A DNA stretch of 64,000 nt from Lachnospiraceae bacterium (GTDB lineage: Bacteria; Bacillota; Clostridia; Lachnospirales; Lachnospiraceae): positions 6,571-70,570 of the forward strand of contig SVEI01000004.1 in the NCBI GenBank assembly GCA_015057445.1. Reading direction: 5' to 3'. The notes under the pieces are model-generated. The model saw only the letters and a program-made list of their open reading frames with translations. It had not been told where the DNA came from and searched no databases. The translations under genes and the position numbers were made by a program. Every line of letters begins with the position of its first letter. Positions within the stretch are counted from its first letter, which is position 1. This document shows positions 20,311 through 29,327 of the stretch, in pieces.

Positions 20311-21000
20311 ATGCTAAATATAGGAATATGTGATGACTCATTAGAGGATACCAATTTAATATACGACCTTGTAACAAAAACGTTGTTCTCTGAGGAAGAT
20401 ATGAAGATAGTAAAGTATAGCTCCGGAGAAGAAGTAATATGCGCTATAAAAAACAAGGAATTCAAATGTAATTTGCTTTATTTGGATATTTATATGCCAG
20501 ATGTGGATGGATTAGATGTGGCGTCCTTTATTCGTGAAAACAAGGTGGATGTTGACATTATATTTGTAACTAAAACCCCAGAATTCGTGTATAAGGGTTA
20601 TATGTATAAGGCGTTCTCTTATATTTTAAAGCCAGAAGTAAAACATGATTTGCCAGTGGAGACTCTTAGATATTTAGATGAAATTAGGGAGTCGGAGGAA
20701 TGTATAAATGTTACATCAGATGGTGTTCAAAGAAGGGTACCAATATCCCAGATATTATACGTTGAAAGTAGTAAGAGAAAGCTAATATTACATTTGAAAT
20801 CTGAAGATATTCCTTTCTACGCCAAGATGAGTGAGATAGAACCTGTATTAGTCCAAAGAGGATTTGTTAGAGTTCATCAAAGCTATATGGTAAAGGCAAA
20901 ATATGTAACACGGGCTACAAGCACAGAGGTGATATTAGGAGACATTGATGTGCCTGTTAGCAGAAGATATAGTCAGCAGGTTAATGAAATGTTCGCATAG
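20311..21000 (+). CDS. LytTR-family response regulator
   Basis: IGICDD, LLYLDIYMP, SYILKP, FVRVHQSYMV. Confidence 0.93.
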   Translation: MLNIGICDDSLEDTNLIYDLVTKTLFSEEDMKIVKYSSGEEVICAIKNKEFKCNLLYLDIYMPDVDGLDVASFIRENKVDVDIIFVTKTPEFVYKGYMYKAFSYILKPEVKHDLPVETLRYLDEIRESEECINVTSDGVQRRVPISQILYVESSKRKLILHLKSEDIPFYAKMSEIEPVLVQRGFVRVHQSYMVKAKYVTRATSTEVILGDIDVPVSRRYSQQVNEMFA

Positions 21001-21019
21001 AAGAATGGAGGTGCAGGAT

Positions 21020-21388
21020 ATGGATTCAGAAAGTAAAAGATTTACGGTAACAAGGTCTCTTGCTATGAACAAAGATAAAAGAGGAGCTATTGTTGGACTA
21101 AAGGGTTTTCTGGCGGGAAAAATCATACATTTAAACTCTGATAGCTTAAGTCTTGTTGGACGAGATCCGGCTCAGTGTGATGTGGTTATTAAGGGTGATT
21201 CAGTCAGCAGAGTACATTTTCATATAAGATATAACTCAGCCACAGAGGATTACACAATTAAAGACTGCTCTAAGAATGGAGTGGTTATAGACGGCAAGTA
21301 TAAGTTAAAGCCTAATGTGGATATAAAAGTTAATAGTGGTAATAAAATATGGGTTGGCAATAGTGATAATGAGTTGATTTTGGGATAA
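21020..21388 (+). CDS. Small FHA-domain protein
   Basis: VGRDP..VSRVH..DCSKNG; GGAGG RBS gives ATG 21020. Confidence 0.88.
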   Translation: MDSESKRFTVTRSLAMNKDKRGAIVGLKGFLAGKIIHLNSDSLSLVGRDPAQCDVVIKGDSVSRVHFHIRYNSATEDYTIKDCSKNGVVIDGKYKLKPNVDIKVNSGNKIWVGNSDNELILG

Positions 21389-21451
21389 AAGTTACATATC
21401 AGATGTCAAAAGTTACTATCTAAACATAATATGCCATAAGTTAGATATGAT
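21387..21451 (+). promoter_or_regulatory. AAAAGTTAC direct repeat (21-bp period) plus TATGAT
   Basis: AAAAGTTAC at 21387 and 21408; TATGAT 21446; similar to known LytTR half-sites. Confidence 0.7.
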
Positions 21452-21493
21452 TACCTCAACAAGTAAACAACAGTTACAAAGGAGGTAATTATT

Positions 21494-23479
21494 ATGAAGA
21501 GAAGATTCAATATTAAGAGAAAAATTAGCAAATTTATGGCAGCAGCATTACTGGTTAATACATTAGCATTTAATGTGGGAGTTTTGGATGTAAAGGCTCA
21601 GAACGCAGGTAATGTTATAAACCTAGCAGCATCACAGGTTGGATATCATGAAAAAGCATCCTATAGCAACTTGGATGACTTCAATGCCAATAACGGTTCA
21701 GCAAACTATAACAAGTATGCAAGAGACCTTGGTATCGCAAATGGACAACCTTGGTGTGCAACATTTGTATGGTGGTGTATGGCAGCAAATGGAATGCCAC
21801 AAAGTATTTACCCTCAGAGCGCATATGTACCAACAATTAAAAACTGGTTTGCACAAAGATCTATGTTTGTATACAGAGGAGGATATACTCCAAAGGCAGG
21901 AGATTACATAATATTTGGTGATTGTGATCACGTTGGAATAGTAGAACATGTATCTGGAAACTATGTAAACACCATTGAGGGAAATACAAGTAATGCAGTT
22001 AAAAGACACTCATATCCACTAGACTCATCATATATCTTAGGTTACGGAATAGTTAATTACAGTGGAGATTTTACAGCACCAACTGTCTCAAATGTAGTTG
22101 TTAGCGACATAAGTGAGAGTGGTTATACAATTACATGTACAGTAGATGATGCAGCAGGTCTTAGTTATGTAGCATTCCCAACTTGGACCCATGCCAATGG
22201 TCAAGATGATCTAGATAATGAATGGTTCCTTCCATCAGGTAGAAGCTACGGTTCCATAAATGGCAATGTGGTAACATTCAGAGTTGATGCAAGTCAGCAC
22301 AATAATGAAAGAGGAATGTATGCAACACACATTTACGCACAGGATGTTAATGGCAATAAGGTAGGTCCTGTTTTAGTAGATGTTAACCTTGACAATATAC
22401 CAGTTCCTAACCCAACACCAGAGGTAAATACAGATGATATATTAAATGATGCAGTAGATGTAGGTGGAGAAATAATATCTGATATAACATCAGAAGAGAA
22501 TACTGATAACAACACAGGAATAACAGAAGATGTGGCACCAGAAGTAGATTCAGAGGCTACAACAGAGACTGTACCTGAAGTGAATGAAGATATACCTGCA
22601 GTAGTGGAACCTGAGACAAGTGAAGAAACAGCTCCAGAAGTAGTACCAGATGAAAATCTAGAAGTTACACCAGAAGTAGTACCAGATGAAAATCTAGAAG
22701 TTACACCAGAAGTAGTACCAGATGAAAATCCGGATGTGGCTCCTGAAGTAAATCCAGATGTGGCACCAGAGGTAGTTCCTGAAGATACCCAGGATGTAAC
22801 AGATAATGTAAATGGAGAAGACGCTATAGATAGCTCAACTAACGAAGAAGTGACTACAGAAGAGGTACCAGAGGAAGTTGTTGATGATAATAATCAGTCA
22901 GATATAAATGCTGATAATGTAACAATTAATAATGTTACAAACAACAATATAACAAATAATACAACAACTAATAACATAACTAACAATGTAACAAATAACA
23001 ATACATACAATTATACAAATGAAGGTGATACATATTATACAGTACAGTATCCAACAGACGCTGCAAGTGCAACTAATACACAGAATTCATCAGACTCAAT
23101 GTCAAATTGGGCTAATGATTTCCTTCAAGATTTAATGGCTACCGAGTTAGCAAATTATATACCAGCGGGATTTGAAGTTACCGAATGGGAAGGAGAGTCA
23201 ACAGCTCCAGCTTGTGAGGAAATAATTGATGACGCAGCAGACTTCATAGCAAATAACCAGACTCCTAGTGACATACAGATGGAAGAAGTTTCACAGAATA
23301 CATATGAGACAGAAGGCCAGTCAATGGAAGAAGGTTCTTACTACGAAGCAGATAGAGAGGAAAGTACAGATGATGATTATTACATATCTGACAAAAAAAC
23401 AAAGGAAGATAGTGAGGGATTTGTAATGTACACAACTGTAAATGGTAAGAAATATAAACTTACAATCTCATTTAAATAA
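21494..23479 (+). CDS. Secreted CHAP-domain cell-wall hydrolase with Bsp-like repeat and acidic/Asn-Thr low-complexity tail
   Basis: Signal peptide; QPWCATFV (Cys), DHVGIVE..TIEGNT (His); FPTWT..NGQDDL..HNNE.G.Y.THIY. Confidence 0.88.
   Translation: MKRRFNIKRKISKFMAAALLVNTLAFNVGVLDVKAQNAGNVINLAASQVGYHEKASYSNLDDFNANNGSANYNKYARDLGIANGQPWCATFVWWCMAANGMPQSIYPQSAYVPTIKNWFAQRSMFVYRGGYTPKAGDYIIFGDCDHVGIVEHVSGNYVNTIEGNTSNAVKRHSYPLDSSYILGYGIVNYSGDFTAPTVSNVVVSDISESGYTITCTVDDAAGLSYVAFPTWTHANGQDDLDNEWFLPSGRSYGSINGNVVTFRVDASQHNNERGMYATHIYAQDVNGNKVGPVLVDVNLDNIPVPNPTPEVNTDDILNDAVDVGGEIISDITSEENTDNNTGITEDVAPEVDSEATTETVPEVNEDIPAVVEPETSEETAPEVVPDENLEVTPEVVPDENLEVTPEVVPDENPDVAPEVNPDVAPEVVPEDTQDVTDNVNGEDAIDSSTNEEVTTEEVPEEVVDDNNQSDINADNVTINNVTNNNITNNTTTNNITNNVTNNNTYNYTNEGDTYYTVQYPTDAASATNTQNSSDSMSNWANDFLQDLMATELANYIPAGFEVTEWEGESTAPACEEIIDDAADFIANNQTPSDIQMEEVSQNTYETEGQSMEEGSYYEADREESTDDDYYISDKKTKEDSEGFVMYTTVNGKKYKLTISFK
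22634..22730 (+). repeat. 36-bp in-frame tandem repeat, 2.7 copies (PEVVPDENLEVT)
   Basis: CCAGAAGTAGTACCAGATGAAAATCTAGAAGTTACA at 22634 and 22670, partial at 22706. Confidence 0.9.
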
Positions 23480-23486
23480 GAATATT

Positions 23487-23531
23487 ACACCTAGGGACTG
23501 TCCTAAAAAGGGCAGTCCCATAAGGTGTTTT
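23487..23531 (+). terminator. Hairpin/terminator after CHAP gene
   Basis: GGGACTGTCC-TAAAAA-GGGCAGTCCC flanked by ACACCT/AGGTGTTTT. Confidence 0.65.
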
Positions 23532-23570
23532 ATAGATATACAAAAGAAAGTAGATAAGAGAGGATAGAGC

Positions 23571-24182
23571 ATGTCGATTACAAGATGTTCAAAAGGACTA
23601 CATTTCTATGATGATACAAAGTATGATGAGTGTCCGCATTGTGGAGTTAAGGCAAAAAGCTTCGGTACTTCTTCCAATGAACTTAATGAAATGATGACAA
23701 TCGCTCAATATAACTTTGATTCAACAGAACCAATAGGAATTGATAATGTCTTTATGGAAAATCAAATACAGAAACAATTCGTGCCAATGGATTTTGATGA
23801 TGGGCGGACAATGGCATTTTATTCATCTATGAAAGGCAATGACTACGTGACAGGATGGTTGGTATGTGTGTCGGGGCCTGAGAAAGGTCGAGATTACAGG
23901 CTACACCACGGATTTAACAAGGTTGGCAGAGGTTACAATATGGATGTTTATGTGTCAGAAGATATGTATATATCTAAGGATACACATTGTTCCATAGCTT
24001 ATGATGCAAAGCATAATTTGTTTCATATAACACCTTCTGGTGGTTGTTTAACCTATATAAATGGAGAATTACTACAAGAATCAGCATTACTTACTACTGG
24101 TGATGTGATACATATAGGTGAAAGTGAATTTGAATTTATAGCCTTTTGTCGTGGAGACAGAACTTGGAAGGATAAAGAATAA
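23571..24182 (+). CDS. Zn-finger + FHA protein
   Basis: RCSKGLHFYD..CPHC; VTGWLVCVSGPEKGRDY..KVGR..ISK..H. Confidence 0.88.
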   Translation: MSITRCSKGLHFYDDTKYDECPHCGVKAKSFGTSSNELNEMMTIAQYNFDSTEPIGIDNVFMENQIQKQFVPMDFDDGRTMAFYSSMKGNDYVTGWLVCVSGPEKGRDYRLHHGFNKVGRGYNMDVYVSEDMYISKDTHCSIAYDAKHNLFHITPSGGCLTYINGELLQESALLTTGDVIHIGESEFEFIAFCRGDRTWKDKE

Positions 24183-24205
24183 AAGAGCAAAGAGGAGAAA
24201 AAAGC

Positions 24206-26437
24206 ATGAAGAGATTTTACAAGAGATTAATAGTAATATTGGTTATGTGTTGCCTAATATCTAACACGGCAGTTGTTAACGTTGGAGCATTTGAGTCGGC
24301 GGTGATGATGGAGAATGAAACAGAGGAAGTTACAACAGAAAAGACGACAGAAGTAACAACAGAAAAAACAACAGAAACCACAACGGAAAAGACAACAGAA
24401 GCAACAACGGAAAAGACAACGGAAACAACAGAAACCACAACGGAAAAGACAACAGAAGCAACAACAGAAAAAACAACAGAGGTTACCACAGAAACCACAA
24501 CAGAGAAGACAACAGAAGTAACAACAGAAAAAAACACAGATACACCTAAGGACGATGAAACAGAAAAAACTACTGAGGCAGCTAAAGAAGAAAAAAACGA
24601 TAGTAATACTCAGACTACAACAGCACCAGCTGTTTCTCAGACAACTGGCGGTACAAATAGTGGAAGTAGTAACTCATCTCCAGCAACTACAGAGGAAGCT
24701 ACAACTGAAGAAGTGGACCCTAGAGAGAGCTATACAGTTCACAATTTGGTAGCAGAGGAAGGGAAGATTGAACAAGTACAGGCCATTAAACCTAAAGTGA
24801 GAGCTTTTTTCTATCTTAATGATGAAACTGTACTATTAACTCCTGATAACGTGGAAGCAAAGCTTGGAGATAGTAAGGTATCTGTAGACAAGATATACAA
24901 GTGGGGACAGGAAGGCAATCTATATATGAACTATTATGTTTTGTTAGATGTTTCCGGTTCTATGAATGATGATTATTTTGATGCTGCAAAAACAGAGATA
25001 GCACATTTTCCAGCTAAACATATGAAGGTTGGAGATACTATTACAGTGTATGCGGTGGGAGACACAACAGAGCTTATAGTTGATACAGGAACCTATAATG
25101 AGATGCGTGACATAGAAGACAAGGTAATGTCACTGACAAATGAGGCGGACGAGACATATTTAGATCAGGCTATAATAGAAGTTGTAGAAGATGTAAAAGA
25201 AAATAGAGAAGCATCAGGTAATGAGTTGCCACAAAGCAGAGATGTGATAATTACATTTACAGATGGTGTAAATGAATCTATGGTAGGTGCAACACAAAAT
25301 GAGGCAGAGGTGGCACTTAAGAACTCTGGAATTACCATGTATGGATTCCTTGAGGATGATGCAGAAGGTGATAATTCAGAGGCTGCTAAAAAATTTGGCG
25401 AAATTGCAAGAAATACAGGTGGACAGGAATATACATTTAATGCTGATGATGTGGCAGAGAAAATAGCAGATTTATGCGATAAGCTACAAGATGTATATGT
25501 TTTAGAGGGTATGGCTCAGGATAATGAGATGAGCAATACTTTGGAAAGCTTTTTTATAACCATATTCCATGATGCAAATCAGCAGATACTTGTGTTTGAG
25601 GGCAAGGATGTGTTGGTAGATAAGTATATCCCAGATAGTACACCACCACAGGTTGAATACATAAAAATGCTTGATGACACTAAGCTGGAAATAAAATATT
25701 CAGAAAGCGTTATAAATGCTGGAGACAGAGCATCATATGTAATTACTAAGGATACTGGAGAGAATATAGGAATTGAAAATGTACAGTACAAGGATAAGGA
25801 TGATGTGTACGTTCTCTATGCATCAGAGACATTATACAAAGGAACCTACACCATAGTTATTAATGGGGTTACAGATAAAACTATGGAGAAGAATCCATTG
25901 GCACAGCCAGAGTACACACAGGAATTTGATGGACCTGAGTATGTGGAGGAGAAGGAAAGCTTTTTCCAAAAATATTGGTGGATAATTCTTGTAGCATTCT
26001 TACTTGTTTTAATATTAATAATAGTGATTGTATTCCGCGTGATTAAGAAGAATAAAGGAGTTGTAGTCATTGATAATAAGGCAACTCTTGCATCTAATAC
26101 GGATGTAAAACAGCACATTATTCTTCAGAACGAAGAAGAGGGAGAGAAGCTTACACTTGTACTTAGTTCAAAAGGTAAGTCTGTAAAGACTATACAGGCA
26201 AATGTTAAGGGTAGCGTAATAGTTGGACGTTCAGATTTGTGTGATATATACATTGATGACCTGGCAATGTCAAGACAGCATTTTGCCATAGAGTATGATG
26301 GAGAAAGCTTCTATGTGCAGGATTTGGATACTACAAATGGAACAAGTCTTAACGGAATAAGATTAAAGCATAAGCGTAGATTAGAGCCTAACGATAAGAT
26401 AACTGCAGGTTCACTTGATATTACAGTAAGGTGGTGA
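24206..26437 (+). CDS. Receptor-like protein: signal peptide, Thr/Glu repeats, vWA, Ig-like, TM, cytoplasmic FHA
   Basis: MIDAS DVSGS..T..TFTDG; TM WWIILVAFLLVLILIIVIVF; IVGRS..MSRQH..DLDTTNGT. Confidence 0.9.
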   Translation: MKRFYKRLIVILVMCCLISNTAVVNVGAFESAVMMENETEEVTTEKTTEVTTEKTTETTTEKTTEATTEKTTETTETTTEKTTEATTEKTTEVTTETTTEKTTEVTTEKNTDTPKDDETEKTTEAAKEEKNDSNTQTTTAPAVSQTTGGTNSGSSNSSPATTEEATTEEVDPRESYTVHNLVAEEGKIEQVQAIKPKVRAFFYLNDETVLLTPDNVEAKLGDSKVSVDKIYKWGQEGNLYMNYYVLLDVSGSMNDDYFDAAKTEIAHFPAKHMKVGDTITVYAVGDTTELIVDTGTYNEMRDIEDKVMSLTNEADETYLDQAIIEVVEDVKENREASGNELPQSRDVIITFTDGVNESMVGATQNEAEVALKNSGITMYGFLEDDAEGDNSEAAKKFGEIARNTGGQEYTFNADDVAEKIADLCDKLQDVYVLEGMAQDNEMSNTLESFFITIFHDANQQILVFEGKDVLVDKYIPDSTPPQVEYIKMLDDTKLEIKYSESVINAGDRASYVITKDTGENIGIENVQYKDKDDVYVLYASETLYKGTYTIVINGVTDKTMEKNPLAQPEYTQEFDGPEYVEEKESFFQKYWWIILVAFLLVLILIIVIVFRVIKKNKGVVVIDNKATLASNTDVKQHIILQNEEEGEKLTLVLSSKGKSVKTIQANVKGSVIVGRSDLCDIYIDDLAMSRQHFAIEYDGESFYVQDLDTTNGTSLNGIRLKHKRRLEPNDKITAGSLDITVRW
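24325..24535 (+). repeat. Imperfect ~24-bp coding repeats (EVTTEKTT)
   Basis: Repeated GAA-x-ACA-ACA-GAA-AAR-ACA-ACA units. Confidence 0.85.
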
Positions 26438-26444
26438 TTTAACT

Positions 26445-27764
26445 ATGGGCGATTCAACCATTGAATTATATGGAAACACCCTGCTAAATCATAGATATAC
26501 AATAATAAAATCCCTAGGTATAGGTGGATTCGGTATTACCTATCAGGCATATGATAACCATAATCAAAAAAGATGTGCCATAAAGGAACTATTTCCTAGA
26601 GGTGTTGTACTTAGATTAGGAGATAGGAAAACAGTTAATCCTTTATCTGACTCAAAACGTGATATTTTCGAACATGGTAAAGAGCGATTTATGGAGGAAG
26701 CAATGATACTAAATAAGCTTAATAATGAGCCTAGTGTAGTATCGGTTTATGACTTCTTTCAAGAGAATGGTACATGCTATTTTGTTATGGAATACCTAGA
26801 TGGAAAGACCTTAAGCCAGCTTGTTAAAGGATATGGCAAAGGACTTCCATACAATACGGTAGCGGATGCTATCGGCCAAGTGGGACATGCGTTAATTCAG
26901 GTACATAAGCATAATTTCTTCCACAGAGATATTAGTCCAGATAATATATTTGTGACCAGCACAGGAAGAATAAAACTTATTGACTTTGGTAGTGCTAAGA
27001 ATATTGTAAGAAATGAGAATCAGGTGCTTTCTGTAGTGCTAAAACCAGGCTTTGCTCCGCCAGAGCAGTATTCCTCTAAAGGAGTACAGGGAACATTTAC
27101 AGATGTGTATGCATTGGCAGCTACTATGTATTATTTGCTAACTGCCAAGATGTTTCCAGGAGCATTCGATAGACAACATGATGATGATTATATTCATCTT
27201 AAAGAATATGGGTTTAGTACAACCATATCAGATGCAGTTAACAGAGCGCTTCGACTAAACTACAGAGAGAGAACACAGACAGTTGAAGATTTTTTGCGAG
27301 ATTTGAATATTAATTCAAATGGAGGTGCTCAAGGAAAAACGCCTCTTACTCCGCCAGAACCATATTCAGGCAAAACTAAGGTAGATGATGAAAATGGTGA
27401 CGATGTGATACCATCACAGATAATAGTGAATCCACCTATTATTGGTCAAAGAAATAAAGTACCAACTATTTCATTTCAGGATGGAAATCAGTATAGATTA
27501 CCTGCAGATTCCACGGTTGTTATAGGAAGATCACCGGAACATGCACAGATTGTAATCAATGAAGCTCATATTAGTAAGAAACATTGTGAGATATATTATG
27601 ATAGCAAGAGAGAGTTGTTCTACATACAAGATAACTCGACTAATGGTACTTATGTAAATGGAGGAAAGCTTGAGAGAGGAACAGCGTATCAGGTGGCTCC
27701 AGGAAGCGTAATTGCAATAGGTGGTAAAAATTGTATAGGAAAGGTAGGTGTGACAAGTGAGTGA
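26445..27764 (+). CDS. Soluble Ser/Thr kinase with C-terminal FHA
   Basis: GIGGFG, CAIKE, HRDISPDN, DFG; VIGRSP..ISKKH..DNSTNGT; no TM, no Zn ribbon. Confidence 0.93.
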   Translation: MGDSTIELYGNTLLNHRYTIIKSLGIGGFGITYQAYDNHNQKRCAIKELFPRGVVLRLGDRKTVNPLSDSKRDIFEHGKERFMEEAMILNKLNNEPSVVSVYDFFQENGTCYFVMEYLDGKTLSQLVKGYGKGLPYNTVADAIGQVGHALIQVHKHNFFHRDISPDNIFVTSTGRIKLIDFGSAKNIVRNENQVLSVVLKPGFAPPEQYSSKGVQGTFTDVYALAATMYYLLTAKMFPGAFDRQHDDDYIHLKEYGFSTTISDAVNRALRLNYRERTQTVEDFLRDLNINSNGGAQGKTPLTPPEPYSGKTKVDDENGDDVIPSQIIVNPPIIGQRNKVPTISFQDGNQYRLPADSTVVIGRSPEHAQIVINEAHISKKHCEIYYDSKRELFYIQDNSTNGTYVNGGKLERGTAYQVAPGSVIAIGGKNCIGKVGVTSE

Positions 27765-28602
27765 TGACGCAAAGATTCAAAGAGAAGTCACAACCGTAAG
27801 ATTAGACAAAGATATAGATTACGAAGGACTACTTGATAACAAGGGACTTAAGATAAATATGGGAATATCAAGTATTATTGGAACTAGACAGTATCAACAG
27901 GATACAGTTTTTGGACACAGTGAAATAAACAGTACACTTGCAATTGTCTGTGATGGAATGGGTGGATTAACAGGTGGAGAAAGAGCCAGCCAAACAGCTA
28001 CACAGCTTTTGGCAGAGGACTATTTCTCCAGAGATAAGACTATTCCTATACCTGAGTTTTTCCGTCAGGAAGCTATTAAAATGGATGAGGCGGTGCATTG
28101 TTTACAAGACGCAGAGGGTAATCGATTAGATGCAGGAACAACCTGTGTAGCAACCATTATAGAGGGTAATAAGTTATATTGGTTGTCTGTTGGAGACAGC
28201 AAAATATATATAATTCGTAACAATGAAATAATGGCTGTTAACAGAGAGCATAATTACAGGTTGCGCCTAGATGACAGGCTAAGAAGAGGGCTTATTACTC
28301 CAGATGAGTATAAGGCTGAGGAAGGTCAGGCAGAAGCATTAATTAGCTACATAGGAATTGGTAATGTTTCGCTCATGGATATTAATCAGACACCATTTGA
28401 ACTAATGGAGGATGATGTGGTGCTGCTGTGTAGTGATGGCCTATACAAAAGGTTGAATGAATTAGAAATCATGGAGCTTATAAAATATGAGATTCCAGAT
28501 GTAAATAGAGCTGCTAAAAGACTTACAGATATAGTCAATAAGAGAACAACCAAAGCGCAAGATAATACTTCACTAGTATTACTTCAATATAGCAAATATT
28601 AA
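27757..28602 (+). CDS. PP2C-family Ser/Thr phosphatase
   Basis: GTRQYQQD, VCDGMGG, AGTT, VGDSKIY, CSDGLY, QDNTS. Confidence 0.93.
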   Translation: MSDDAKIQREVTTVRLDKDIDYEGLLDNKGLKINMGISSIIGTRQYQQDTVFGHSEINSTLAIVCDGMGGLTGGERASQTATQLLAEDYFSRDKTIPIPEFFRQEAIKMDEAVHCLQDAEGNRLDAGTTCVATIIEGNKLYWLSVGDSKIYIIRNNEIMAVNREHNYRLRLDDRLRRGLITPDEYKAEEGQAEALISYIGIGNVSLMDINQTPFELMEDDVVLLCSDGLYKRLNELEIMELIKYEIPDVNRAAKRLTDIVNKRTTKAQDNTSLVLLQYSKY

Positions 28603-28631
28603 AAATTTAATGATAAGAGGAGGAAATCATT

Positions 28632-29315
28632 ATGAATTTAAAGAGATGCGACAAAGGACATTTTTATGACGTGGACAAGTACAGAGCAGGTTGCCCACAC
28701 TGTGCAGGAAGTGCTGATGACGGTATGAATGCAACAGTAAGATTTGATGGAGTAGATGACCAGCAGGGTGTTACTATGCCTGCTACAGCAGCTTTTGTTG
28801 AGTCTACAAATATGGAATACGACGTAGTACCAACAGCAGGTGGTAATACAGGTGGTTCATTGGCAGAATTAGTAGGAGGCATCACTACAGGTGCTACAGA
28901 GAGAGTTTCTCCAGAAGACACAGGAGTTACAATGAGATTTACACCAGGTAATGTAAAGGGAGAGCCTGTTGTAGGTTGGCTGGTATGTATCACTGGAGAG
29001 GATGCAGGTAAGAGCTTTGTATTAAAGAGTGGCCGTAACTTTATTGGTAGAGCCTCTAATATGGATGTTGTATTAGGAACAGATAAAAGTGTTTCAAGAG
29101 ATAAGCACGCAATCATTCTTTATGAGCCACGTAAGAGAGTTTTCCTTGCACAGCCAGGTGAGTCAAGAGAATTATTCTATGTTAATGACGAAGTGGTACT
29201 TAATACAGTTCAGTTAAATGCATACGATAAGCTTTTAGTTGGAGCTACAGAGTTATACTTTGTACCATTCTGTGGTGAATTCTTTGCATGGGATGATTTA
29301 GATAAGGAAAACTAG
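28632..29315 (+). CDS. Zn-finger + FHA protein
   Basis: RCDKGHFYD..CPHC; VVGWLVCITG..FIGRA..VSRDKH. Confidence 0.9.
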   Translation: MNLKRCDKGHFYDVDKYRAGCPHCAGSADDGMNATVRFDGVDDQQGVTMPATAAFVESTNMEYDVVPTAGGNTGGSLAELVGGITTGATERVSPEDTGVTMRFTPGNVKGEPVVGWLVCITGEDAGKSFVLKSGRNFIGRASNMDVVLGTDKSVSRDKHAIILYEPRKRVFLAQPGESRELFYVNDEVVLNTVQLNAYDKLLVGATELYFVPFCGEFFAWDDLDKEN

Positions 29316-29327
29316 AATTAATATTGG

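Noticed and set aside
22634-24535. Tandem repeats as a possible CRISPR array
   Set aside because: They are in-frame coding repeats without unique spacers, and no cas genes are present.
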